Origin: Mycobacterium sp.
Lineage (GTDB): Bacteria; Actinomycetota; Actinomycetes; Mycobacteriales; Mycobacteriaceae
Length of the DNA stretch: 46,859 bases
Reading direction: 5' to 3'
NCBI GenBank assembly: GCA_020438895.1
Contig: JAGQTS010000060.1
Coordinates: 1-46,859 of the forward strand
Below, piece by piece: positions 32,314 to 40,593 of this stretch; the first letter of the stretch is position 1, and every line of letters begins with the position of its first letter. Made by a program: the position numbers and the translations under genes. The notes beneath the pieces were generated by a model. The model was not told the origin of the DNA, did not search any database, and worked only from the letters and a program-made list of their open reading frames with translations.

Positions 32314-33507
32314 TCACCGGGCGGCCGGCTTGTCCGAGCCGACCACCCACATCGAGTAGTACTGAGATCCGCCACCGTAGGCGTGGCCGAGCGCCTTGCG
32401 CGCCCCAGCCACCTGGTGATCGCCCGCCTTACCCATCACCTGGATCGCGGCCTCGGCGAACCGGATCAGTCCCGACGCTCCAATCGGATTGGACGACAAC
32501 ACCCCGCCGGACGGGTTGACCGGCATCCGGCCGCCGATCGCGGTGTCACCGGCTTCGGTGAGCTTCCATCCCGCACCCTCGGCGGCGAACCCGAGGTTCT
32601 CCAGCCACATCGGCTCGAACCAGGAGAACGGAACGTAGATCTCGGCGACGTCGATCTCGTCGATGGGGCTGGTGATCCCGGCGGCCTTCCACAGCGCTGC
32701 GGCCGCGTCCCGGCCCGCCTGCGGGTTGACCTGGTCTCGTCCGGAGAACGCGATCGGTTCGGTTCGCAGCGCGGTGGCGTGAACCCAGGCCACGGGGTTC
32801 CCCTCGGCGATCCGACGGTCGGCCGCCTCCTCGTCACCGATCACCATCGCCGCCGCGCCGTCCGAGGATGGACAGGTCTCGTCGAACCGGATCGGATCCC
32901 ACAGCATCGGTGAGGCCACCACCTTCTCCAGGGTGATATCCGGCTGGTGCAGGTGGGCCAGGGGGTTCTTCGCGCCGTTGAGGCGGTCCTTCACCGCGAC
33001 CATCGCCCCGATGTGCGCAGGGGCGCCGGAGCGGCGGATGTAAGCGCGGATGTGCGGGGCGAAGTAGCCCCCGGCGCCGGCGCCGACCGGTTTGGTGAAC
33101 GGCACCGGAATGGACAACGCCCACATGGCATTCGACTCGGATTGTTTCTCCCACGCGACGGCGAGCACCCGGCGATAGCGGCCGGACTGGACCAAGCTGG
33201 CGGCCACCACCGCGGTCGACCCACCGACCGATCCGGCGGTGTGCACGCGGATGAGCGGCTTGCCGGTGGCGCCCATGGCGTCGGCCATGAACAGTTCCGG
33301 CATCATCACGCCCTCGAAAAAGTCGGGGGCCTTGCCGACGACGACTGCGTCGATGTCGGCGAACTCCGCCCCACTGTCGGCCACAGCACGGTCGATGGCC
33401 TCCCGAACCAGGCCGCTCATCGAGACGTCGGTGCGTTTGGCGACGTACTTGGTCTGTCCGGTTCCCAGCACTGCGGCCAGATGTCGTGTCGTTGCGGCTG
33501 CCATCAC
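32314..33507 (-). CDS. ltp3: Thiolase-like protein Ltp3
   Basis: GKAPDFFEG, RVHTAGSVG and NPSGGVLSSNPIGA motifs. Confidence 0.9.
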   Translation of the reverse strand: MMAAATTRHLAAVLGTGQTKYVAKRTDVSMSGLVREAIDRAVADSGAEFADIDAVVVGKAPDFFEGVMMPELFMADAMGATGKPLIRVHTAGSVGGSTAVVAASLVQSGRYRRVLAVAWEKQSESNAMWALSIPVPFTKPVGAGAGGYFAPHIRAYIRRSGAPAHIGAMVAVKDRLNGAKNPLAHLHQPDITLEKVVASPMLWDPIRFDETCPSSDGAAAMVIGDEEAADRRIAEGNPVAWVHATALRTEPIAFSGRDQVNPQAGRDAAAALWKAAGITSPIDEIDVAEIYVPFSWFEPMWLENLGFAAEGAGWKLTEAGDTAIGGRMPVNPSGGVLSSNPIGASGLIRFAEAAIQVMGKAGDHQVAGARKALGHAYGGGSQYYSMWVVGSDKPAAR

Positions 33508-34562
33508 TCACCTTCCAGCACGGCGACCAGATTCTGTTGCAGCACAGGCCCGCTGGTGGCATGGGCCAGCACCCGCCGGGCGGAGCCGTCGAAGATGTGC
33601 CGCGCGGCGAAGCCGATGCGTTCCAGTCCTGCGGAGAACATCGGGTTCGCTGCCAGGGGTCCACCGGAGGGGTTGATGGTCGTCGAGCCCGGCAGCCCGA
33701 TCGCCTCGACCAGGATCAGGTGCTGGTGGGTGAACGCTGCGTAGATCTCCGCCACATCGATTGAACCCAGGTCTCCGCCGGTAGCCGCCCGCGCGGAGGC
33801 CGCCGTCGACGGCGAGGTGGTCAGATCCCGGGCACCGAGGACCGGTGTCTCTATCCGGTGTTCGAACCCTGTTATCCAGGCAGGCCTTTCGCGTAACTCC
33901 CGCGCGCGGTCGCCGGCCGCGATGACGATCGCGGAAGCGCCGTCCGTGATGGGTGCGATGTCGTGGCGTCGCAGGGGGTCGGCGAAGAACGGCCGGCCCA
34001 GTAACTCGTCCACCGAGCCGGCCGCTTCGACCGCGTCGGTTCTGGGCGCTGCTGTCATGCTCGCCAGGGCCACCTCGGCCATCGCCGCCGGCGTCCATGT
34101 GCCTGAATCCAGTCCGAGACGGGCCTGAAGGCCGGCCATCGACACCGCGTCGGGCATCAACGGGGCAACGGTGTACGGGTCGGTCTGCAGTGCCAGCACG
34201 CGCCGCAACGTCCCGGCACTGGACTTGCCGAAGCCGTACACCAGAGCGGTATCCACCTGACCGGTCAGTACCTTGATGTAGGCCTCATACAACGCCCACG
34301 CTGCGTCCATCTCCACGTGGGACTCGTTGATCGGTGGAACCGCGCCGATCGCGTCGATCGCGTTGAGAAACGAAAATGCCCTTCCTGCAAGGTAATCCGA
34401 CGACCCGGAACACCAGAAGCCGATGTCGCGCTGGGTGATGCCCAACTCCTCGTAGAGGGCGGAAAAACAGGGCATCAGCATCTCGACGCCGTTGGTCGTT
34501 CCGGCGGCGCGGCGGACGTGCGGTGCATGCGCGAAGCCGACGACGGCGACGTCTCTGCTCAT
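33504..34562 (-). CDS. ltp4: Thiolase-like protein Ltp4
   Basis: CSGSSDYLAG, ESHVEMD and HATSG motifs. Confidence 0.9.
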   Translation of the reverse strand: MSRDVAVVGFAHAPHVRRAAGTTNGVEMLMPCFSALYEELGITQRDIGFWCSGSSDYLAGRAFSFLNAIDAIGAVPPINESHVEMDAAWALYEAYIKVLTGQVDTALVYGFGKSSAGTLRRVLALQTDPYTVAPLMPDAVSMAGLQARLGLDSGTWTPAAMAEVALASMTAAPRTDAVEAAGSVDELLGRPFFADPLRRHDIAPITDGASAIVIAAGDRARELRERPAWITGFEHRIETPVLGARDLTTSPSTAASARAATGGDLGSIDVAEIYAAFTHQHLILVEAIGLPGSTTINPSGGPLAANPMFSAGLERIGFAARHIFDGSARRVLAHATSGPVLQQNLVAVLEGE

Positions 34563-34609
34563 GGCGTGCTCAGTTCCCCTTCGCGCAAGCGGTCATCGAA
34601 TTCCGACGA

Positions 34610-35629
34610 TCACAGGTGGTGCTTGTAGCTGTCATAGTCCGCATCGGGCTCGCCGGAGGGCGCGAAGTGCTCGATATTGTCGATGCCCAAGTCCCACTCC
34701 TCGCGCGGTTTCCACACCGCTTTGACCCGCATGCCCATGCGAACCTCGGATGCGTCGATCTCGGTGACCAGATGGAGGAAGGGGATATCGGCACCGTCGA
34801 GCAGAATGTACGCGGCCACGTAGGGCGGCTTGATCTTCTGGCCGGCGAAAGGGATGTTGATGATGGCGAATGTCGTCACCGTCCCGGTATCGGGCAACTC
34901 GACGAATTGGTCGAGTTCCTGACCCGTGGAGGGATCGGCCTCCCTGGGCGGAAAGTAGACCTTCCCGGTGTCGCCGCGGCGCGCGCCCAGAAGCATTCCC
35001 TGCGCCAGGGCGCGCAGGTACATGCTTTCCGGGGCGGATGCGCTGTGCTGCACGCTCAGGTTCTCCGGTGTCACGATCATCGTGACCGGGTCACCGTCGT
35101 CGACCCGGATACCGGCCGGGTGATCCGGCGGTCCTTCGGGCGTATCGCCGGGGACGAAGCAGGCGATGTCGGTGATCGCACCGACGGGGGCGTCGACCCA
35201 GGTCGCATGCACCCGGATGCCCGTCGTCACCGCGTCCGGAACCCCGCCGGTGTCCACGGCGTGCAGGAGGGCGGTGTCGGCGCCGTCGAGTTTGATCAGC
35301 GCCCAGGCGAACGGCCGGTCCAACGGCTGCCCGGCCAGCGGATGCGCCTGCCACGTCCACGACACGACGGTTCCCGAACTGCCGACCGGGACGATCTCGG
35401 TCAGCGGCTGCGCATCGACCGGGTCGTATTCCACGACCGGAACATGCACCCGACCGTCCGATCCGCGGACGCCCACGATGTGCCGACCCCGTAATGCCGT
35501 GAAGAACGCGCCCAGCGTCGGACCGACCGAACGGGTGTAGTCGAAAGACAGGGTCAGCGGCGCCGAAAGCGGAGCTTCGTGGGAGTCTGTCAAGGCCATG
35601 ATGGCCGGCGTGCTCTGGCTGACGCTCAC
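34610..35629 (-). CDS. Tandem DUF35/OB-fold protein, Rv3521-like
   Basis: Two OB-fold repeats (ALIKLDGADT and ILLDGADIP); start uncertain (GTG 35629 next to the KstR box). Confidence 0.82.
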   Translation of the reverse strand: MSVSQSTPAIMALTDSHEAPLSAPLTLSFDYTRSVGPTLGAFFTALRGRHIVGVRGSDGRVHVPVVEYDPVDAQPLTEIVPVGSSGTVVSWTWQAHPLAGQPLDRPFAWALIKLDGADTALLHAVDTGGVPDAVTTGIRVHATWVDAPVGAITDIACFVPGDTPEGPPDHPAGIRVDDGDPVTMIVTPENLSVQHSASAPESMYLRALAQGMLLGARRGDTGKVYFPPREADPSTGQELDQFVELPDTGTVTTFAIINIPFAGQKIKPPYVAAYILLDGADIPFLHLVTEIDASEVRMGMRVKAVWKPREEWDLGIDNIEHFAPSGEPDADYDSYKHHL

Positions 35630-35638
35630 GCCATCGAG

Positions 35639-35652
35639 TAGAACAGGTTCTA
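35639..35652. promoter_or_regulatory. KstR operator (Rv3521/Rv3520c-like divergent pair)
   Basis: TAGAACAGGTTCTA. Confidence 0.92.
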
Positions 35653-35709
35653 AGAATCGTGGCAAGGAACGTGCACGGATCGTTGAGGGGAACAGAAAGG
35701 CGGCACCGG

Positions 35710-36741
35710 ATGAAACTCGGCCTGCAACTCGGTTACTGGGGTGCCCAGCCGCCCGACAACCACGCCGAACTGGTGGCGGCCGCCGAGGAAGCCGACTTCG
35801 ACACGGTGTTCACCGCTGAGGCCTGGGGCTCGGATGCCTTTACTCCGCTGGCCTGGTGGGGTCGTCAGACGGTGAAATTGCGTCTGGGCACTTCGGTGGT
35901 CCAACTGTCGGCGCGGACGCCCACCGCGTGCGCGATGGCATCGCTGACGCTGGACCACCTCTCCGGCGGCCGGCATGTTCTCGGCCTCGGGGTGTCGGGG
36001 CCGCAGGTCGTCGAGGGCTGGTATGGCCAGCGCTTCCCCAAGCCGCTGGCACGCACCCGTGAATACATCGACATCGTGCGGCAGGTATGGGCCCGGGAGG
36101 CGCCGGTGACCAGCACCGGCCCGCACTATCGGCTGCCACTGACCGGAGAGGGCACTACCGGTTTGGGCAAATCCCTCAAGCCGATCGTCCATCCGCTTCG
36201 GGCGGACATTCCCATCATGCTGGGGGCCGAAGGCCCGAAGAACATCGCACTGGCCGCGGAGATCTGTGATGGCTGGTTGCCGATCTTCTATTCGCCCCGC
36301 CTGGCCGATATGTACAACGAATGGCTCGATGAGGGGTTCGCCCGACCCGGTGCGAGGCGAACCCGCGAGGACTTCGAGATCTGCGCCACGGCCCAGGTCG
36401 TGATCACCGACGACCGCGCCGCCACATTCGAGATGATCAAACCGTTCCTCGCGCTGTACATGGGCGGGATGGGTTCGGAGGACACCAATTTCCACGCCGA
36501 GGTCTACCGGCGGATGGGTTACGCCGAGGTCGTCGAGGATGTCACGAAGTTGTTCAGGTCCGGCCGGAAAGAAGAGGCCGCCACGGTCATTCCCGACGAA
36601 CTGGTCGATGACGCGGCGATCGTCGGTGATGTCGATCATGTCCGCAGGCAGATCGCGGTGTGGGAGTCCGCCGGGGTGACGATGATGGTGATCGGGGCGC
36701 GAAGCCCGGATCAGGTGAGGGAACTCGCCGCGCTGCTATGA
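35710..36741 (+). CDS. LLM-class F420-dependent oxidoreductase, Rv3520c-like
   Basis: MKLGLQLGYWG, AEAWGSD and LGLGVSGPQVVEGW motifs. Confidence 0.88.
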   Translation: MKLGLQLGYWGAQPPDNHAELVAAAEEADFDTVFTAEAWGSDAFTPLAWWGRQTVKLRLGTSVVQLSARTPTACAMASLTLDHLSGGRHVLGLGVSGPQVVEGWYGQRFPKPLARTREYIDIVRQVWAREAPVTSTGPHYRLPLTGEGTTGLGKSLKPIVHPLRADIPIMLGAEGPKNIALAAEICDGWLPIFYSPRLADMYNEWLDEGFARPGARRTREDFEICATAQVVITDDRAATFEMIKPFLALYMGGMGSEDTNFHAEVYRRMGYAEVVEDVTKLFRSGRKEEAATVIPDELVDDAAIVGDVDHVRRQIAVWESAGVTMMVIGARSPDQVRELAALL

Positions 36742-36752
36742 CGCTGCTATGA
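36731..36752 (+). repeat. 11-bp tandem duplication spanning a stop codon
   Basis: CGCTGCTATGA repeated exactly twice (36731-36741 and 36742-36752). Confidence 0.9.
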
Positions 36753-36765
36753 CGCGGCGGGGATG

Positions 36766-37485
36766 TCAGCCGACAACGTGTCCGTCGCCGAACGTCATTG
36801 CCAGATGACCCACCGCCCCGGACATCATCGGCCGCCTGGGCAGCCCCAAAGCGGCGAGTTCGGCGGCGTAGGGATGGTCGCCCAGTCGCAGGGTCGCCCC
36901 GCCGGGTCGCACTCGCACGTGCCGATTGGTCATCTCCCAGGGCACTTCGCGAGTGTTGCCGTCACCGCAGGAGTAGGTCTTCAGGATATGCGGGCGCTTC
37001 CGCAGCGAGGGTACCGGGATACCCCGGTGGAACTGCATGGCCGCGATCAACGATCCACCCTCGGAAACCTCGAAGCCGAAGCTGGCCGAGTCTCGGATCG
37101 TGAAGTCCGCCATGATCTTCGGGAATCCCCAGATGCTTCGACCGGCCTCCAGGGTGAACGCCTGGTCGACCGGCAGGTGGTGAATGAACGCTGCGGCCCG
37201 GCTGAGACCGAGAAGGCCCGCACCCGTCGATCCGGGGGGGTTGACCATCACGCAGGTGCCGAACTCGTGGTACCTGCCCAGATCGCCGTCGAGGTAGCGA
37301 GCGAGCATCAGCGTCACGATCGCCCGGCCGGGTCGGTACCGAAAGACCTTCAGCCCGCTGTAGTCGATCAGGTGCTGGGCGGCGTCGGCGGGCACCGGGA
37401 ACATCGCGGTGTGAACGTCGGCTTTGCGGATCCGCACCGGCATGGTCAGCACGGTGCCGGCGACGGTGTGCTGGGACACGGACAT
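36766..37485 (-). CDS. Acetoacetate decarboxylase-like protein, Rv3519-like
   Basis: YLDGDLGRYHE and GRSIWGFPK (ADC-like Lys motif); ATG 37485. Confidence 0.83.
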   Translation of the reverse strand: MSVSQHTVAGTVLTMPVRIRKADVHTAMFPVPADAAQHLIDYSGLKVFRYRPGRAIVTLMLARYLDGDLGRYHEFGTCVMVNPPGSTGAGLLGLSRAAAFIHHLPVDQAFTLEAGRSIWGFPKIMADFTIRDSASFGFEVSEGGSLIAAMQFHRGIPVPSLRKRPHILKTYSCGDGNTREVPWEMTNRHVRVRPGGATLRLGDHPYAAELAALGLPRRPMMSGAVGHLAMTFGDGHVVG

Positions 37486-37529
37486 AGGCTCACTGTAAAC
37501 CGGACAGCGAACAGATGGGAGAAGCGGCA

Positions 37530-38735
37530 ATGACCGATACCGTGGCGCGTCCGGACATCGACCTGACTGATGGCAACTTCTACGCCGACGGCGGCGCACG
37601 GTCCGTCTACCGCTGGATGCGGACCCATGAGCCGGTTTTTCGCGACCGCAACGGGCTGGCCGCGGCCGCGACCTATCAGGCCGTGATCGGCGCTGAACGC
37701 AACCCCGAACTGTTCTCATCCACGGGCGGCATCCGGCCCGACCAGCCCGCCATGCCGTACATGATCGACATGGACGACCCGGCGCACCTGCTACGACGCA
37801 AACTCGTCAACGCCGGCTTCACCCGCAAACGCGTGATGGACCAGGCAGCCGGGATAGCGAACTTGTGCGATAGCCTGATCGACGCAGTGTGCGAACGGGG
37901 CGAGTGCGACTTCGTCCGCGATATCGCCGCCCCGTTGCCGATGGCGGTGATCGGCGACATGCTCGGCGTGCTTCCCGCCGACCGGGCGACCCTGTTGACG
38001 TGGTCCGACGACCTCGTCTGCGGGCTGAGTTCAGCCGCGGATGAGGCCGCCGTGCAGGCACTGATGACCGCGTTCGCGGCATACTCCGCGTTCGCCATGG
38101 AGACGACGGCCAAACGCCGGGCCGAGCCCACCGGCGACCTGTTCTCCGTCCTGGTCAACTCCGAGGTCGACGGCCAGCGGATGTCCGACGACGAGATCGT
38201 CTTCGAGACCCTGCTGATCCTGATCGGTGGCGACGAGACCACCCGGCACACGCTGTCCGGCGGCACCGAACAGTTGCTGCGCCACCGCGACCAGTGGGAC
38301 CAATTGGTCCTCGACGACACGCAGACTCCGGCGGCCGTTGAGGAGATGCTGCGCTGGACTTCGCCGGTGAAGAACATGGCCCGGACACTGACCGCTGACG
38401 CTGAGTTCCACGGCGCGCGGTTGCGCGCCGGCGAGAAGATGGTGCTGCTCTTCGAGTCCGCGAACTTCGACGAGGACGTGTTCGGCGACCCGGAGAACTT
38501 CAGGATTGACCGAAACCCCAACAGTCACCTGGCTTTCGGGTTCGGCACGCACTTCTGTCTCGGCAACCAGTTGGCCCGACTGGAGCTGACGACGATGCTG
38601 CGCAAACTGGTGACCCGGCTGCCTGACCTGCGGTTGGCTGACGACTCGGCACTACCGCTGCGGCCGGCGAACTTCGTCAGCGGTCTGGAGTCGATGCCGG
38701 TGGTATTCACCCCGACCGCCCCGCTGCTCGGCTGA
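37530..38735 (+). CDS. cyp142: Steroid C26 monooxygenase, cytochrome P450 CYP142
   Basis: IGGDETT, EEMLRW and FGFGTHFCLG motifs; synteny. Confidence 0.92.
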   Translation: MTDTVARPDIDLTDGNFYADGGARSVYRWMRTHEPVFRDRNGLAAAATYQAVIGAERNPELFSSTGGIRPDQPAMPYMIDMDDPAHLLRRKLVNAGFTRKRVMDQAAGIANLCDSLIDAVCERGECDFVRDIAAPLPMAVIGDMLGVLPADRATLLTWSDDLVCGLSSAADEAAVQALMTAFAAYSAFAMETTAKRRAEPTGDLFSVLVNSEVDGQRMSDDEIVFETLLILIGGDETTRHTLSGGTEQLLRHRDQWDQLVLDDTQTPAAVEEMLRWTSPVKNMARTLTADAEFHGARLRAGEKMVLLFESANFDEDVFGDPENFRIDRNPNSHLAFGFGTHFCLGNQLARLELTTMLRKLVTRLPDLRLADDSALPLRPANFVSGLESMPVVFTPTAPLLG

Positions 38736-38744
38736 CGCCGTTGC

Positions 38745-38800
38745 CGAGTGTGAATCCACTGCGGAAAGTCGACAGTAATCTCGCAGTGGGCTCACGTTCG
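38745..38800. repeat. REP-like palindrome A (19-bp arms, 18-nt loop)
   Basis: CGAGTGTGAATCCACTGCG ... CGCAGTGGGCTCACGTTCG: 15/19 Watson-Crick pairs plus 3 G.T wobbles; contains the stop codon of the adjacent gene. Confidence 0.88.
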
Positions 38801-39631
38801 ACGCGCGAAGGCATCACGGACACGGCGAAGGATCGAGCCTTCGGTGTCCTGGACGGTGACCCGGATGTGAATCCACCCCAGTTCGGTCACGTCCTCAGCC
38901 CGCCGGATGTCGTTGTAGAAGGTCCGGCGGCTGGTCCGATGATGGTCTCCGTCGTACTCCGCGGCGATCTTGCGGTCTTCCCAACCCATGTCGAGGACGG
39001 CGACGACCACGCCGAACTCGTTGTGGACCGGTATCTGAGTCTTGGGTCGCGGGAAGCCGGCCCGGATCAGTAACAACCGCAGCCAGGTTTCGCGGGGCGA
39101 TTCGGCTCCCGCGTCGACCAGTTGCAGGATGCTGCGCGCCGTTCGGATACCGCGGCGGCCTCGATAGCGGCGCGCGATGTCGTCGACGTCGCTGAGTCGC
39201 AGCCGGGTTGCGCGGGCCAGGGCGTCGATCGCTGCCACCCCCGGGCCGAGTCGGCTACGGCAGGCGATATCGAGTGCCGTGCGTACCGGGTTGGTGACCG
39301 TCATTCCGTCGATCACGGCCAGTTCGTCGTCGCGGTAGGCATCCGACCACGTCTCGATGGCGGCCGGGGCATGCCTGTTATCCCAGAGGAGCTGGGCGGG
39401 CAGACGATGGTCGACCCATCTACTCGCGTGCAGCGCTGCGGCCGAACGCCCGGCAACCACACCGCGTCTGCCGGACCACAGCCAGGCCGCGTGCGCCCGC
39501 GCCGCCGCGGTCACCTCGGTGCCCTCCGGGAGATAGACATTCGGGTAGAGCGGCGTAAAACGGCTGCGCAACGCGTAGGGAGTGAGGGAATGCGCGGCGA
39601 GCGCCTCGCTGCCGATGAAGGGCTTGGCCAT
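38792..39631 (-). CDS. Rv3517-family protein: AbiEi-like N-terminal region plus DUF559/Vsr-like endonuclease domain
   Basis: VTNPVRTALDIA, ESPRETWLRL, PKTQIPV, LDMGW..KIAAEYDGDHH and LGWIHIRV motifs; sits between cyp142 and echA19. Confidence 0.82.
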   Translation of the reverse strand: MAKPFIGSEALAAHSLTPYALRSRFTPLYPNVYLPEGTEVTAAARAHAAWLWSGRRGVVAGRSAAALHASRWVDHRLPAQLLWDNRHAPAAIETWSDAYRDDELAVIDGMTVTNPVRTALDIACRSRLGPGVAAIDALARATRLRLSDVDDIARRYRGRRGIRTARSILQLVDAGAESPRETWLRLLLIRAGFPRPKTQIPVHNEFGVVVAVLDMGWEDRKIAAEYDGDHHRTSRRTFYNDIRRAEDVTELGWIHIRVTVQDTEGSILRRVRDAFARRT

Positions 39632-39665
39632 GCCGGCAGTGTCCCGACCCGCACTGACACCCTCC

Positions 39666-39721
39666 CGAACGTGAAACCACTGCGAACATCGGGCCGGCTT
39701 TTGGCAGTGGCTTCACATTCG
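39666..39721. repeat. REP-like palindrome B (18-bp arms, 20-nt loop)
   Basis: CGAACGTGAAACCACTGC ... GCAGTGGCTTCACATTCG: 16/18 paired; same arm consensus as palindrome A. Confidence 0.88.
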
Positions 39722-39752
39722 CCGAAGGGAGCGTTGCCGAGCGGTGCGGTCC

Positions 39753-40535
39753 TCAGCGCATCGTGAACCGGGGCGGACGCTTCTCCTTGAAGGCGCGCGG
39801 GCCCTCCTTGGCATCCTCGGACAGGAACACATCGATACCGATGCGGGTGTCGATCGTGAAGGCGTCGTTTTCGGGCATACCCTCGGTCTCGCGAATCGAC
39901 CGGAGGATCGCCTGTACCGCCAACGGCCCGTTGTTCGCGATCACGTCGGCGATGTCCAGGGCGCGCTCCAGTGCCATGCCGTCGGACACCACATGTCCGA
40001 TCAGGCCGATCTCCTTGGCCTCCGCGGCGGTGATGTGGCGGCCGGTGAGCAGCAGATCGCAGGCGATGGTGTAGGGAATCTGGCGCACCAGGCGCACCGC
40101 CGAGCCGCCCATCGGGTAGAGGCTCCACCGCGCTTCGGAGATGCCGAACGTCGCGCTCTCGCCGGCCACCCGGATGTCGGTGCCCTGCAGGATCTCGGTG
40201 CCGCCGGCGATCGCCGGCCCCTCGACGGCGGCGATCAGCGGCTTGGTCAGCCGCCGGCCCTTGAGCAGACCATCGATGCGGGACGGGTCGTAACTGCCGT
40301 CCTTGAAGGAGTCACCCGGCGGCTTGGCGGTTGCCGCCTTGAGGTCCATGCCCGCACAGAAGTAGCCGCCGGCACCGGTGAGGATGCAGACCCGGATGTC
40401 GGGGTCGTTGTCGACGCGGTCCCAGGCCTCGACCATGATCGAGAGCATCTCGCCGGAAAGCGCATTGCGGGTCTCCGGACGGTTCATGGTGACGATGAGG
40501 ACGTGTCCGCGCTGCTCGATGAGAGCGTCCGCCAT
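39753..40535 (-). CDS. echA19: Enoyl-CoA hydratase EchA19
   Basis: [13 protein letters not shown] and FGISE motifs; divergent from fadD19. Confidence 0.9.
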   Translation of the reverse strand: MADALIEQRGHVLIVTMNRPETRNALSGEMLSIMVEAWDRVDNDPDIRVCILTGAGGYFCAGMDLKAATAKPPGDSFKDGSYDPSRIDGLLKGRRLTKPLIAAVEGPAIAGGTEILQGTDIRVAGESATFGISEARWSLYPMGGSAVRLVRQIPYTIACDLLLTGRHITAAEAKEIGLIGHVVSDGMALERALDIADVIANNGPLAVQAILRSIRETEGMPENDAFTIDTRIGIDVFLSEDAKEGPRAFKEKRPPRFTMR

Positions 40536-40569
40536 GGCTGCCGCCTTCCGGTCCGTGCTTGAGAAAAAA

Positions 40570-40583
40570 TGTAACACGTTCTA
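40570..40583. promoter_or_regulatory. KstR operator (echA19/fadD19)
   Basis: TGTAACACGTTCTA; overlaps TAATTT, which lies 6 nt before the fadD19 GTG. Confidence 0.92.
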
Positions 40584-40593
40584 ATTTGGGCAC

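Noticed and set aside
37490-37510. Short inverted repeat TCACTGT-N7-ACAGCGA between the Rv3519-like gene and cyp142
   Set aside because: Only 6/7 paired and does not match KstR or KstR2; could be chance.
38745-39721. CRISPR array or classical IS interpretation of the palindromes
   Set aside because: There are only two hairpin units, no spacer array and no cas genes. The ORF lacks DDE or HUH transposase motifs and no clear target-site duplication is visible.
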